Positions 46,988 through 57,264 of a stretch of DNA of 64,000 bases are shown in pieces (the first letter of the stretch is position 1; every line of letters begins with the position of its first letter). The DNA is from an uncultured Planctomycetales bacterium. Lineage in GTDB: Bacteria > Omnitrophota > Gorgyraeia > Zapsychrales > Fredricksoniimonadaceae. Below the pieces are notes generated by a model. It searched no databases. It saw only the letters and a list, made by a program, of their open reading frames with translations, and was not told where the DNA came from. The DNA lies in the NCBI GenBank assembly GCA_964572155.1, contig CAZNDZ010000001.1:1082732-1146731 (forward strand). Direction: 5' to 3'. A program made the translations under genes and the position numbers.

Positions 46988-48304
46988 ATGATGACAACAA
47001 CACAATTGCCATTGCGCATTGATGGTTTAGATGAATATCAAAGTAAAGTGATTGATGCCTCACCTGCATGGCTTAAAGCATTCCGTCAACGGGCTGTTGC
47101 ACAATTTGTAGCGTTGGGCCTTCCAACCGTTAAAGACGAAGAATATAAATACACCTCATTGGCAGAAATTTCTTCCAAACGTTTGAATTTACCTTCTTCA
47201 CATAAATTAATCGAAGAAGATGAATTGCAAGAATACCTTGATACAAAAGATATCAATGTGGTTGTGGTCAATGGGTTGGTTTCAAAAGAATTATCAAATA
47301 TTACAAACTTACCCAAGGGCATCACGATCATGCCCTTTAGTCAAGCTGCCCAACATTTTCCTTCAGAAGTCGAACAAACCGTTAGTAAGTTGACAGCCAA
47401 TGACACCAAATCTTTATTGGCATTAAACCAAGCCTTGTTCTTAGACGGTGTTTTTATCAAAGTCGATCAAAATGCAGTTGTAGAGCGTTTGATTCATATT
47501 GTACACGTCACAAGTGTTAGCGAAGAGAATGCGGTTGTTTTTCCACGTGTTTTGATTCACGTTGGAAAAAGCGGCCAAGCAAGTTTTCTAGAAAGCCATC
47601 TTTCATACAGCGGCCTTGCGTATTGGAGCAATGCTTTGCTCGATATGCGTTTAGAAGAAAATGCAGTTGTTTCCTATTGTAAGGCAGAAGCAGAAAGTCC
47701 TTACGCACATGTCACAACAACAACGCGTGTATGGCAAGAGAAAGCCAGTAGCTTAGATGCCTTTACATTTAATCATCGAGCACATTTAGTACGAAACAAT
47801 TTTACCGTGTTGTTAAAGGGCGAGGGCACCAATACCGTCATGAATGGTTTTTATGCCTTGGATGAAAAACAACATGTGGATAATCACACCTTGCTTGATA
47901 TTCAACAGCCCAACTGCACCAGTTATCAGTTATATAAAGGGATTTTAAACGGCGCTTCACGCGCAGTTTTTAATGGTAAGATTTTCGTACATGCGATTGC
48001 TCAGAAAACAAATGGTTATCAGTTAAATAAACATTTGGTTTTAGGTAAAGATGCCCGCGTTGATACAAAACCACAATTGGAAATTTTTGCGGATGATGTT
48101 AAGTGTACTCATGGTGCAACCATCGGGCAAATCAACGACGATGAAATCTTTTACTTACAAAGCCGTTGTATCTCAAAAGAAACTGCCACACAATTGTTAT
48201 CCCGTGGTTTTATTGATGACATTATCAATACAATCAAGTTGCCAAGTGTGCGCAATAAATTAAATCATTGGCTAACGGTTAAATTCCCCCAAGTCAAATT
48301 GTAA
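46988..48304 (+). CDS. sufD: Fe-S cluster assembly protein SufD
   Basis: ATG at 46988 follows the sufC stop; the track ORF starts at TTG 46964. SufB/D fold conservation in the C-terminal half. Confidence 0.85.
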   Translation: MMTTTQLPLRIDGLDEYQSKVIDASPAWLKAFRQRAVAQFVALGLPTVKDEEYKYTSLAEISSKRLNLPSSHKLIEEDELQEYLDTKDINVVVVNGLVSKELSNITNLPKGITIMPFSQAAQHFPSEVEQTVSKLTANDTKSLLALNQALFLDGVFIKVDQNAVVERLIHIVHVTSVSEENAVVFPRVLIHVGKSGQASFLESHLSYSGLAYWSNALLDMRLEENAVVSYCKAEAESPYAHVTTTTRVWQEKASSLDAFTFNHRAHLVRNNFTVLLKGEGTNTVMNGFYALDEKQHVDNHTLLDIQQPNCTSYQLYKGILNGASRAVFNGKIFVHAIAQKTNGYQLNKHLVLGKDARVDTKPQLEIFADDVKCTHGATIGQINDDEIFYLQSRCISKETATQLLSRGFIDDIINTIKLPSVRNKLNHWLTVKFPQVKL

Positions 48305-48312
48305 GGCAGTTT

Positions 48313-49539
48313 ATGCATAAGTTCGATATCCAAAAGGTACGACAAGATTTCCCAAATTTAAATGTCAAAATTTATGGCAAAGATTTAGCGTATCTCGACA
48401 ATGCCGCAACCACCTTAAAGCCCAATGTAGTCATAGATACGATGAAAGAGCATTTGAGCCATGGTGTCTCCAATGTGCATCGTGGGGTTCATTATTTGAG
48501 TGAGCAAGCAACGCTTAATTTTGAAGATGCCCGTCAGAAGGTTAAGAATTTTATCAATGCTCGTCGCATCCAAGAAATCATTTTTACCCGTGGTTCAACA
48601 GAATCCATCAATTTAGTTGCACAGTCTTATGGTCGGCATAACTTGCAACAGGGTGATGAGATCATTATTTCTCAGATGGAGCATCATTCAAACATTGTCC
48701 CGTGGCAAATGCTATGCCAACAGGTTGGGGCCACGCTTAAGGTTGTGCCGATCAACTCGAGTGGCGAGTTTATCTTTGATGAATATTTAAAGTTATTGTC
48801 TCCTAAGACGCGGATTGTGAGCGTCGTTTACGTGTCTAATTCTTTAGGAACAGTTAATCCTATCAAGCGCATCATTGATGCAGCTCATAATAATGGTTCT
48901 TTGGTTTTAGTCGATGCGGCACAGGCAGTGACCCACGCGGCCATTGATGTCAAAGAGCTTAATTGTGATTTTTTAGTTTTTTCAGGCCACAAAATCTTTG
49001 GGCCTACAGGTGTTGGTGTTTTATATGGCAAAGAAGCGCTATTAGAAGAAATGCCGCCATATCAAGGTGGTGGGGATATGATCCGCAGCGTCAGCTTCTC
49101 GGGGACGACCTATAATAGCTTGCCTTATAAATTTGAAGCAGGAACACCTGCGATCGCTGAAGTTATTGGTTTAGGGGCAGCGTTAGATTATGTGAAATCC
49201 ATTGGATTTGAAGCCATGTCACAACATAAAGAAGAGTTGCTCGCCCATGGGAATAAAATTTTAGGCATGATCCAAGGATTACGTTTCATCGGTACTGCTC
49301 AAGCAAAGACGTCGATCATTTCCTTTGTCATCGATGGGATTCATCCACATGATCTGGGAACCATCGTTGATGAAGAAGGCGTGGCTATCCGCACGGGGCA
49401 TCATTGCACCCAACCGGTGATGGAGTTTTTTGGAATACCAGCGACGGCACGCGCTTCGCTTGCGTTTTATAATACCAAAGAAGAGTTAGATGCTTTAGCT
49501 AAGGCAATATTAAAAGCAAAGGCTGTGTTTCATGCGTGA
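48313..49539 (+). CDS. sufS: Cysteine desulfurase SufS (class II aminotransferase)
   Basis: PLP-lysine region (FLVFSGHKIFGPTGVG). Active-site Cys in RTGHHCTQP. Confidence 0.9.
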   Translation: MHKFDIQKVRQDFPNLNVKIYGKDLAYLDNAATTLKPNVVIDTMKEHLSHGVSNVHRGVHYLSEQATLNFEDARQKVKNFINARRIQEIIFTRGSTESINLVAQSYGRHNLQQGDEIIISQMEHHSNIVPWQMLCQQVGATLKVVPINSSGEFIFDEYLKLLSPKTRIVSVVYVSNSLGTVNPIKRIIDAAHNNGSLVLVDAAQAVTHAAIDVKELNCDFLVFSGHKIFGPTGVGVLYGKEALLEEMPPYQGGGDMIRSVSFSGTTYNSLPYKFEAGTPAIAEVIGLGAALDYVKSIGFEAMSQHKEELLAHGNKILGMIQGLRFIGTAQAKTSIISFVIDGIHPHDLGTIVDEEGVAIRTGHHCTQPVMEFFGIPATARASLAFYNTKEELDALAKAILKAKAVFHA

Positions 49540-49978
49540 TGAATTGTATCAACAAACCATTTTAGAACATAACCGTCATCCACGTAATTTTCGTAAAATG
49601 GATGATGCGACTTATTTTGCCGAAGGGTATAATCCTTTGTGTGGGGATCATTTGTGGGTTTATGTGAAATTAAATGACCAATCACAAATCCAAGAGGCAA
49701 GTTTTGAAGGTTCTGGTTGTGCGATTTCTAAAGCATCAGCTTCGATGATGACAACCGCGTTAAAAGGTAAGACGATTGAAGAGGCCAATGTTTTGTTTCA
49801 AGAGTTTCATGATCTTGTTCAAGGTAAGCTTGATCCACAAAAGCAAACCAATCATTTAGATAAGCTAGCTGTATTCTCCGGTATTTGGCAATACCCATCA
49901 CGTGTTAAATGTGCTTCCTTAGGCTGGCATACCATGCATGCGGCGTTAGAAAAGCGCCCAAGTGTTTCTACAGAATGA
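49532..49978 (+). CDS. sufU: SufU-type (IscU-like, Zn-dependent) sulfur-transfer scaffold protein
   Basis: Conserved Cys/Asp ligands (NPLCGDH, GSGCAISKAS, C-terminal KCASL). Confidence 0.8.
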   Translation: MRDELYQQTILEHNRHPRNFRKMDDATYFAEGYNPLCGDHLWVYVKLNDQSQIQEASFEGSGCAISKASASMMTTALKGKTIEEANVLFQEFHDLVQGKLDPQKQTNHLDKLAVFSGIWQYPSRVKCASLGWHTMHAALEKRPSVSTE

Positions 49979-50979
49979 TCCTAGATCAATTTAAAAGACC
50001 TTTAAGAGATTTGCGCATATCCGTAATCGATCGATGCAATTTTCGTTGCCCTTATTGCATGCCTTCAAAGAAGTATGACCATGCCTATCAATTCTTAGAT
50101 AAAAATGAATGGTTGACTTTTGATGAGATCGAGCGCGTAGCACGTATCTTTGTAAGCCTTGGTGTTAAAAAATTGCGCCTTACTGGCGGTGAGCCATTAT
50201 TACGCCCAGATATCGATCAATTGATCGTAAAGTTAAATGCGATACATGGTGTAGAAGATCTGGCATTAACCACCAATGGTTCACATTTGGCAGCGTTAGC
50301 TAAGCGATTAAAAGCATCAGGATTAAAACGCCTCACAGTAAGCCTCGATACATTAGACCCAATAATTTTTAAGCAGTTAAATGGTGATCGTGGCGAGATT
50401 GATCAGGTTCTTTTGGGAATTGATGCCGCAGCAGCGGCAGGGTTTAAGCGCATTAAGATCAATGTAGTCATCATTCGTGGGGTAAATGATCAGGGGGTTT
50501 TAGACTTGGTTAAGCATTTTAGAGGTACGGGCCATGTGCTGCGTTTCATCGAATATATGGATGTAGGGAATCAAAATAACTGGTCTATAAATCAGGTTGT
50601 AATGTCCCAGGAAATTATAAATTTGGTGAACCAGAATTTTCCCTTGATTAAAGTTGGTGGGACTGAGAGGGGAGATACGTCGCAGCGATACAGCTATGTT
50701 GATGGGGCTGGGGATATTGAGTTTATCTCGTCAGTAAGTCATGCTTTTTGTGGCACATGCAATCGTTTAAGGTTATCTGTTGACGGTAAAATATATACAT
50801 GTTTATTTGCATCACATGGGGTTGATTTAAAAGCCGCATTAAAAGAGCATCAATCCGATGATTTTCTTAAGAAAATCATTGCAGATGTTTGGCAGGCGCG
50901 TGTTGATCAATATTCACAAGAAAGATCGCGTCTTCAATCCATTCGTTCTAAGGTCGAAATGTTCCATATTGGTGGATAA
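49975..50979 (+). CDS. moaA: GTP 3',8-cyclase MoaA (radical SAM, molybdopterin biosynthesis)
   Basis: CNFRCPYCMP radical-SAM motif and C-terminal CGTCNRLRL second cluster. The ATG overlaps the sufU stop (ATGA). Confidence 0.85.
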   Translation: MILDQFKRPLRDLRISVIDRCNFRCPYCMPSKKYDHAYQFLDKNEWLTFDEIERVARIFVSLGVKKLRLTGGEPLLRPDIDQLIVKLNAIHGVEDLALTTNGSHLAALAKRLKASGLKRLTVSLDTLDPIIFKQLNGDRGEIDQVLLGIDAAAAAGFKRIKINVVIIRGVNDQGVLDLVKHFRGTGHVLRFIEYMDVGNQNNWSINQVVMSQEIINLVNQNFPLIKVGGTERGDTSQRYSYVDGAGDIEFISSVSHAFCGTCNRLRLSVDGKIYTCLFASHGVDLKAALKEHQSDDFLKKIIADVWQARVDQYSQERSRLQSIRSKVEMFHIGG

Positions 50980-50988
50980 ATATTTTCT

Positions 50989-51012
50989 AATTAAAAATAT
51001 TGAATTTTAATT
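50989..51012. promoter_or_regulatory. AT-rich inverted repeat AATTAAAA-N8-TTTTAATT upstream of the NsrR-like Rrf2 gene; candidate operator
   Basis: Read directly; ~45 bp upstream of the ATG at 51056. Confidence 0.3.
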
Positions 51013-51055
51013 TAATTGTGGATAAAATAATCCATAATTGAGGAATCAAAGAACT

Positions 51056-51466
51056 ATGATAAAAATGTATTCAAAAAATTGTGAACATATGTTGCGCATA
51101 TTTAGTCAAATCTCACAAGACAATTATGCACAGGTATTCTTGGCAAAAGAAATCTGCCGAAAAGCAAAAGTTCCAGAATTCTCTGCTCGCAAAGGCTTGC
51201 AATTGTTGGTCCAACATAAGATTCTAAAAGCTGTGTCTGGTCCTGGGGGTGGTTATCAACTTATTAAACATCCTAAGAAAATACAGTTATTAGATATTAT
51301 AGAAGTCATTGATGGAAAAGAATTAAATTTACATTGTGTCATGGGTTTTCCTCAATGTAATGGGCAACAACCTTGTCCAATGCATGATGTTTGGAAAGAT
51401 ATAAAGGGAAGATTGTTGTGTGAGCTTGAGAAAAAGTCTTTATTTAATGTGATGAAAAGGAACTAA
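51056..51466 (+). CDS. Rrf2-family regulator with three C-terminal Cys (NsrR-like NO/nitrosative-stress regulator candidate)
   Basis: Rrf2 wHTH N-terminus. C-terminal Cys spacing (CVMGFPQCNGQQPC) resembles NsrR/IscR cluster ligation. Context: heads the nitrate/nitrite gene cluster. Confidence 0.65.
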   Translation: MIKMYSKNCEHMLRIFSQISQDNYAQVFLAKEICRKAKVPEFSARKGLQLLVQHKILKAVSGPGGGYQLIKHPKKIQLLDIIEVIDGKELNLHCVMGFPQCNGQQPCPMHDVWKDIKGRLLCELEKKSLFNVMKRN

Positions 51467-51469
51467 CTA

Positions 51470-52801
51470 ATGAAAATCATTCTACTTTTAGTGGTATTTG
51501 TCTTTTCTGATTCTTGCTTTGTACATGCTGGTGAATATATGAATACGCATCTGCCTAAGTGGGTAAATGTTGATCTGCAATTACGACATCGTTATGAATG
51601 GCGTTCAAATTTTGACTTTAATGATAATGTTTACGATAAGGATGGGTTTAATTTGTGGAGAGCGCGTTTAGGAGTAACGCTTAAACCGTCAGATGACTTT
51701 AAGTTCTTTTATCAGTTCCAAGATGCACGTATTTCAGATGACTCCACCACAGGTTCTAAGGCGACTTTTGAGAATTGGTTAGACACGAGACAGCTATGGG
51801 CAGAAGCCAAAACAAATAAACTTGCCATTGATGCCATTGATTTTTCTAAAGTAGGTATTCGTTTTGGACGTCAGGAATTAGCTTATGGAGCCCAACGGTT
51901 GTTAGGGGCTATTGATTGGTCAAATGTGGCTCAAACATTTGATGCGGGAAAAGTGATGTTGGAATTTGAGAAACAGAAATTAAATATTGATATTTTTGGG
52001 GGCGGAAAAACCCCTGTTAAATCACCGCTTGAACAAGATGATATTTTTGATGGATCGTCTAATGATTGGGTGGGTGGTTACTATGCCACCTATAAAGGAA
52101 TTGATAATTATACCATTGAACATTATGTCATTAATCGTAATACGGATGGTCAAATCATTTCTTTTGGGCAAACCGGCGATGGGGAAGTTGATGATTATAC
52201 GATAGGGGGACGTATAGCAGGTAAGATTGCAGATACTGCTTTTGATTTTGAATTAGAAGCGGCTAAGCAGGTGGGTAATTCTGGTGCCTTAGATGCTGAT
52301 GCACAAATGGCCATAGCGATCTTAGGTTATACGTTCGACATAAACTGGAAACCTCGCGTATCACTAGAATTTGATTATGCGTCTGGAGATGGTAATAGGA
52401 CTGATGGTAAGCGTCAGACGTTTAATAATATTCATCCAACAAACCATCTCTATTATGGTTATATGGATTTTGTGAGCCTTCAAAATATGAATGATTACCG
52501 GCTCGGGATCAAAGTGGATCCAACAAAGAAGCTAAACATTCAATCAGATTTGCATATGATTTTTCTTGATTCACCTAAAGATAATCTTTATGGTGCTAAC
52601 AAGGCTATAAAAAGAGCCACAGTGGCTAGTGCTGATGCTTATGTAGGTAATGAAGTGGATCTTTTGGCGAAGTATCAATTTAATAGTTATGTCAGCACTA
52701 TGGTAGGTTATTCACATCTTTTTGCGGGTGATTTCCTTAAAGACACAGGTTCATCTGATGATGCTGATTTTGTCTATGTTCAAACGGTTGTTAATTTCTA
52801 A
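51470..52801 (+). CDS. Outer-membrane alginate-export (AlgE-like) family porin, paralogue 2
   Basis: Signal peptide. RHRYEWR and FGRQELAYGAQRLLG motifs. C-terminal ...VVNF. Same length (443 aa) as paralogue 1. Confidence 0.7.
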   Translation: MKIILLLVVFVFSDSCFVHAGEYMNTHLPKWVNVDLQLRHRYEWRSNFDFNDNVYDKDGFNLWRARLGVTLKPSDDFKFFYQFQDARISDDSTTGSKATFENWLDTRQLWAEAKTNKLAIDAIDFSKVGIRFGRQELAYGAQRLLGAIDWSNVAQTFDAGKVMLEFEKQKLNIDIFGGGKTPVKSPLEQDDIFDGSSNDWVGGYYATYKGIDNYTIEHYVINRNTDGQIISFGQTGDGEVDDYTIGGRIAGKIADTAFDFELEAAKQVGNSGALDADAQMAIAILGYTFDINWKPRVSLEFDYASGDGNRTDGKRQTFNNIHPTNHLYYGYMDFVSLQNMNDYRLGIKVDPTKKLNIQSDLHMIFLDSPKDNLYGANKAIKRATVASADAYVGNEVDLLAKYQFNSYVSTMVGYSHLFAGDFLKDTGSSDDADFVYVQTVVNF

Positions 52802-52818
52802 TATGAGGATATGGTAAG

Positions 52819-53871
52819 GTGATAATCCGTTTGCATAAAGAGGGTTTGAGAAATGGCCTAATAGGATCTGCAGTTTTAGTGGGCTTGGTTCTCTTGGGGT
52901 CGCGGCGTTTATTATATTTTGATGCTGCTTTAACGCCGTATTTGTATGCGACGATATTTGCCATTTTTGGCAGTATTTATCGTTATAGTGTCTGGGTTAG
53001 TCGTCCTCCAACAGAGATTCTACTTAAACGAAGTTTACAGTTTGTTTTTAGCCGTAATTTCTTTAAATATTTCATCCTTGTATTTAAAACTTTCATCGAG
53101 CAGATTGTTTTACAAAAGTTTATTGGTCGACGTAGTCCGTATCGATGGGTAATGCATTTTTGTTTGGCGTGGGGATGTTTGTTGGCCTTCGCCGTAACCT
53201 TCCCGTTGGTCTTTGGATGGTTGCATTTTGAGAACCCCATAGAGCATAAAGATTTGTACCAATTGGTTGTGTTTGGGTTTCCGTTACAAATCTTTAATCC
53301 TGAAGGGATTGTTGGATTTCTTTTCTTTAATGCATTAAATTTTTGTTCGCTACTAATCATTGTTGGGACTGTGATGGCATTTTCTCGTCGATTTCTTCAT
53401 CCTGGTGAAATGGCAATTCAATCTTTTGCGCATGATTTGCTGCCGCTCTTGGTCTTGTTTTCAGTTGCAGTAACGGGTTTGTTTTTAACGTATAGCAACC
53501 ATTTTTTAGGCGGTGCTCATTATAGGGTATTAACGACCATTCATTGTTGGACGGTTGTCATGTTGTTGGTTTATTTACCATTTGGAAAGTTTTTTCATAT
53601 TTTTCAAAGAGCAGCTCAAATGGGTGCCGCTTTATATATTGAAGAGAAGGAATGTGGTAAACCAGCTTTATGTATAAAATGTCAACAGCCCTTTACAAGT
53701 GACATGCAAAAAGAAGATGTGAAGAAAGTTTTATCTGACTTAGGCTTTCAATTCCAAGGAGATGATAAAAATTCATCGATGCAGGATTTATGCCCTTTAT
53801 GTCGACGACATATGATGATGGTGACTCAGCATCAGCATTTAAAGGGTAAGTTTGATATTGATCATCGTTAA
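52819..53871 (+). CDS. Polytopic membrane protein, NarI/DsrM/HdrE-like di-heme cytochrome b candidate with a C-terminal Cys-rich (CxxC...CxxC) cytoplasmic tail
   Basis: GTG start. 5-6 TM helices with intramembrane His residues (VMHFCLAWG, IHCW...FHIFQR). Tail CIKCQQPF...CPLCRRH. Confidence 0.5.
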   Translation: MIIRLHKEGLRNGLIGSAVLVGLVLLGSRRLLYFDAALTPYLYATIFAIFGSIYRYSVWVSRPPTEILLKRSLQFVFSRNFFKYFILVFKTFIEQIVLQKFIGRRSPYRWVMHFCLAWGCLLAFAVTFPLVFGWLHFENPIEHKDLYQLVVFGFPLQIFNPEGIVGFLFFNALNFCSLLIIVGTVMAFSRRFLHPGEMAIQSFAHDLLPLLVLFSVAVTGLFLTYSNHFLGGAHYRVLTTIHCWTVVMLLVYLPFGKFFHIFQRAAQMGAALYIEEKECGKPALCIKCQQPFTSDMQKEDVKKVLSDLGFQFQGDDKNSSMQDLCPLCRRHMMMVTQHQHLKGKFDIDHR

Positions 53872-53886
53872 TTAACGGAGCCTCAT

Positions 53887-56070
53887 ATGGCAGAATTGCC
53901 TTTATCAAAAGAGAAAATTGCTGAACAGTTTGGTCCTCATTTGAAATATGACCCACCAGGTGGCTGGGAGCTTTCTGTCAGCGAGCCTGATGCTAAGGTA
54001 AAGACGCATTGTTGTTTTTGTGGTCAGGGTTGTGGGATCATTTTAAAAGTACAAAATAATCAGGTGGTTGGTTTTGATCCTTGGGAAGCTTTTCCTTTTA
54101 ATCAGGGGAAGCTATGTCCCAAGGGAGTTAAGCGATATATGCAAGGTAGCCATCCAGACCGTTTGATGTATCCGATGGAAAATCGTCAGGGTGTTGGGTA
54201 TGAACGTATAAGTTGGGATGATGCTTACACAAAAGTGATTGATGCCATACAGCGCATTCAAGGTGAGCATGGTAAGGATGCATTTGCGCTGCTTTCCGGT
54301 GTTTCATTGTCGAATGAGAAATCGTATTTGATTGGAAAGTTTGCGCGTGTGGCTTTGCAAACAGCAAACCTTGATTATAACGGTCGTTTGTGCATGGTGT
54401 CGGCTGGTGCTGGCAATAAAAAATCTTTTGGCATTGATCGTGCGGCCAATTCATGGGCGGATATTTTAGAGACGGATCTAATTGTCTGCGCGGGCACAAA
54501 CGTATCCGAATGTTCACCCATCACAACCGATTATATTTGGAAAGCCCGTGATAAAAGGGGTGCTAAACTTATTGTCATTGATCCGCGCATGACGCCCATC
54601 GCGCGAACAGCGGATTTATACTTACCTGTGCGTCCCGGTACTGATGTGTACTTAGCAAATACGATCTTGAATTTAATGATACAAGCGGGGCATATTGATG
54701 AAGCATTCATTCGCGAGCATACGACGGGCTTTGAAGATGTTAAAGCAGGGGTTGCTAAATACACACCTGAAGATTGTGAGAAGGTTACCGGTGTTCCAGC
54801 GGCCAATATAAGAAAGGCTGCGCTATGGTGGGGTGAGGCTAAACGCAGCTTTTTATTACACGCGCGGGGTATAGAACATCACACCAAGGGTGTCGATAAT
54901 GTTTGTTCATATATTAACATGGTTTTAGCGTCAGGCCGCATTGGACGCGTTGGTTGTGGGTATGGAACAATTACCGGACAAGGCAATGGCCAAGGTGGTC
55001 GTGAACAAGGACATAAATGCGATCAACTTCCAGGGAACCGCGACATCACTAATCCTGAACATCGAAAATATGTTGCTGGGGTTTGGGGCATTGATGAAAA
55101 AGATATGCCTGGTAAGGGATTGTCTGCTCAAGAGATCATGAACGATATTCATGCGGGTAAGATTAAAGGTCTACTAAGCATTTGTTTTAATCCTTTAGTA
55201 AGTCTTCCAGATCAACAATTCACAGAAGAGGCATTAAAGAAATTAGATTTTTATGTGGCTATTGATTTCTTCTTAAATGAAACAGCTCGGTATGCGGATG
55301 TGATCTTACCAGGTTCTTTGCATGAAGAAGATGAGGGAACGGCTACCACAGCGGAAGGGCGAGTTATTCGGATTCAAGCAGCTGTAACGCCACCTGGCGA
55401 GGCAAAGATTGATTGGCATATATTTCAAGACTTGGCTAAGCGATTAGATAAACAAAAGTATTTTGATTTTAAGACTTCCGAAGATATTTTTAATGAAATG
55501 CGGGTTGCCTCTCATGGAGGCACAGCGGATTATTATGGGATTACTTATGAGATGATTGAGAAAAATATGGGGGTATTTTGGCCCTGTCCGGAAATTGGGC
55601 ATCCTGGAACGCCACGTTTATTCGAAGGTGGGAAGTTTTATCATCCAGATGGAAAAGCTCATTTTAATGCAGTGGAATATCGCTTATCCGCTGATCTTAT
55701 TAATGAGGAGTATCCAATTTATTTAACAACCGGGCGTGTGATCTTTCAATATTTATCAGGGACCCAGACAAGGCGTATTGGTTTCTTAGTTGATCAATGC
55801 CCTGAACCATATGTTGAAATTCATCCGATCTTAGCAGATAAGCATGGGATTAAAGAGGGTGATCAGGTGAAGGTTACATCTAGGAGAGCGGATATTTTAT
55901 TAAAAGCTAAAGTTGTTAAGACAATTCGTCCTGATACTGTTTTTGTTCCGTATCATTGGCCAGATGCTAAATCTGTCAATCGATTGACGCAGCGTGCCTT
56001 AGACCCTATTTCTAAAATCCCAGAATTCAAATTTAGCGCAGTCAGAATTGAGAAGGTAAATTTTACATAA
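53887..56070 (+). CDS. Molybdopterin (bis-PGD) oxidoreductase catalytic subunit, Nap/Nas-type nitrate-reductase-like, without a signal peptide
   Basis: N-terminal 4Fe-4S motif (HCCFCGQGCG...LCPKG). Putative Mo-ligand Cys (NGRLCMVSAGAG). Contains TGQGNGQGGRE. The C-terminal region has an MGD-binding barrel. No RR/Sec N-terminus. Confidence 0.75.
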   Translation: MAELPLSKEKIAEQFGPHLKYDPPGGWELSVSEPDAKVKTHCCFCGQGCGIILKVQNNQVVGFDPWEAFPFNQGKLCPKGVKRYMQGSHPDRLMYPMENRQGVGYERISWDDAYTKVIDAIQRIQGEHGKDAFALLSGVSLSNEKSYLIGKFARVALQTANLDYNGRLCMVSAGAGNKKSFGIDRAANSWADILETDLIVCAGTNVSECSPITTDYIWKARDKRGAKLIVIDPRMTPIARTADLYLPVRPGTDVYLANTILNLMIQAGHIDEAFIREHTTGFEDVKAGVAKYTPEDCEKVTGVPAANIRKAALWWGEAKRSFLLHARGIEHHTKGVDNVCSYINMVLASGRIGRVGCGYGTITGQGNGQGGREQGHKCDQLPGNRDITNPEHRKYVAGVWGIDEKDMPGKGLSAQEIMNDIHAGKIKGLLSICFNPLVSLPDQQFTEEALKKLDFYVAIDFFLNETARYADVILPGSLHEEDEGTATTAEGRVIRIQAAVTPPGEAKIDWHIFQDLAKRLDKQKYFDFKTSEDIFNEMRVASHGGTADYYGITYEMIEKNMGVFWPCPEIGHPGTPRLFEGGKFYHPDGKAHFNAVEYRLSADLINEEYPIYLTTGRVIFQYLSGTQTRRIGFLVDQCPEPYVEIHPILADKHGIKEGDQVKVTSRRADILLKAKVVKTIRPDTVFVPYHWPDAKSVNRLTQRALDPISKIPEFKFSAVRIEKVNFT

Positions 56071-56079
56071 AGAGATAAC

Positions 56080-56697
56080 ATGACCGAGAATTTTCTAGAA
56101 GAGAATGACTTTTTTATAGATCCTCAACGATGTATCGGTTGCAAGGCCTGTGAAGCGGCATGCTCTGAGTGTGCCACTCATCGGGGAGTTCCGATGATCC
56201 ACTTGGATACACTTGATCGGTATAATACCGTTAAGACCGGTCCTACCGTTTGCATGCATTGTGACGATCCGGCGTGCGCTTCGGTCTGTCCAGCGGATGC
56301 GATCAAGCGTACGGAAGATGGAGTTGTTCAATCTTCTCAAAAACCCAGATGCATTGGATGTTCTAATTGTCAAATTGCCTGTCCTTTTGGTGTGCCTAAG
56401 GTTTATAAACTTCAAGCCCAAATGATGAAATGTGATATGTGTTATGATAGGACCTCCATTGGTTTGAAACCCATGTGCGCCACTGTTTGCCCTTCGCAGG
56501 CGTTGTATTTTGGTCCGAAATCGTTTATTGAATCAACACGCAAGAATATCCCTAATAATCAATTTATTTTTGGAAAACAAAAGATAAAAACAAAAGTGTA
56601 CATGATGATGGACACGGCAGATGTTCCAACTGATATGGATGTTGTTAATTTCATGAGTTCTTGTCATTTAGAAGAAGGCGAAGCGTGGGTTTTATAA
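56080..56697 (+). CDS. Four-cluster [4Fe-4S] ferredoxin-like electron-transfer subunit (DmsB/NrfC/PsrB-like)
   Basis: Four Cys groups: [41 protein letters not shown]...CATVCP. No signal peptide. Confidence 0.8.
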   Translation: MTENFLEENDFFIDPQRCIGCKACEAACSECATHRGVPMIHLDTLDRYNTVKTGPTVCMHCDDPACASVCPADAIKRTEDGVVQSSQKPRCIGCSNCQIACPFGVPKVYKLQAQMMKCDMCYDRTSIGLKPMCATVCPSQALYFGPKSFIESTRKNIPNNQFIFGKQKIKTKVYMMMDTADVPTDMDVVNFMSSCHLEEGEAWVL

Positions 56698-56714
56698 TCA
56701 AATATAGGTGAGAT

Positions 56715-57251
56715 ATGAATGAACCAATTAAGAAGCGTCTGATTAAGAAGCATGGTCAATTGCCTAAATGGGCGGAAGATTTCTCCATTGAGTCATCGAC
56801 GGATAACAATGTTTCCCGTAGAGATTTTATTCGTTTTCTAGGCCTTGTTTCTTTTGGGCTTTTTATGGGGACAGCAGGTGTTTTTGTAAGATCTTTATTT
56901 GAACAAGCTCAAGCGCCATCAATGGAAGATAAAATTGCTGGTCTTAATGAAATTGCTGTAGGTGAGTCACGTTCTTTTATGATTCCAGGAAAAAGAGAGC
57001 CAGGGATCATGGTTCGTTTAGGTGATGATCGATACGTGGCGTATGGCCAGAAATGCACACATTTGCAATGCCCTGTATTATGGAGTAAAGAAGAAAATAA
57101 ATTGGTATGTCCGTGTCATAATGGTGCTTTTGCTGTTGAGGATGGGCATGTCCTATATGGCCCTCCAGAGCGACCATTACCACAATTAGAATTAGCTGTT
57201 AAACATGATGGCATATATTTTGTAGGTGTAAAAAGTGGCAATTTAGTTTAG
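56715..57251 (+). CDS. Rieske [2Fe-2S] protein with a twin-arginine signal/anchor
   Basis: Tat motif SRRDFIRFLG followed by a hydrophobic helix. Rieske boxes CTHLQC and CPCHNG. Confidence 0.8.
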   Translation: MNEPIKKRLIKKHGQLPKWAEDFSIESSTDNNVSRRDFIRFLGLVSFGLFMGTAGVFVRSLFEQAQAPSMEDKIAGLNEIAVGESRSFMIPGKREPGIMVRLGDDRYVAYGQKCTHLQCPVLWSKEENKLVCPCHNGAFAVEDGHVLYGPPERPLPQLELAVKHDGIYFVGVKSGNLV

Positions 57252-57264
57252 TTAAGAGGAAATT

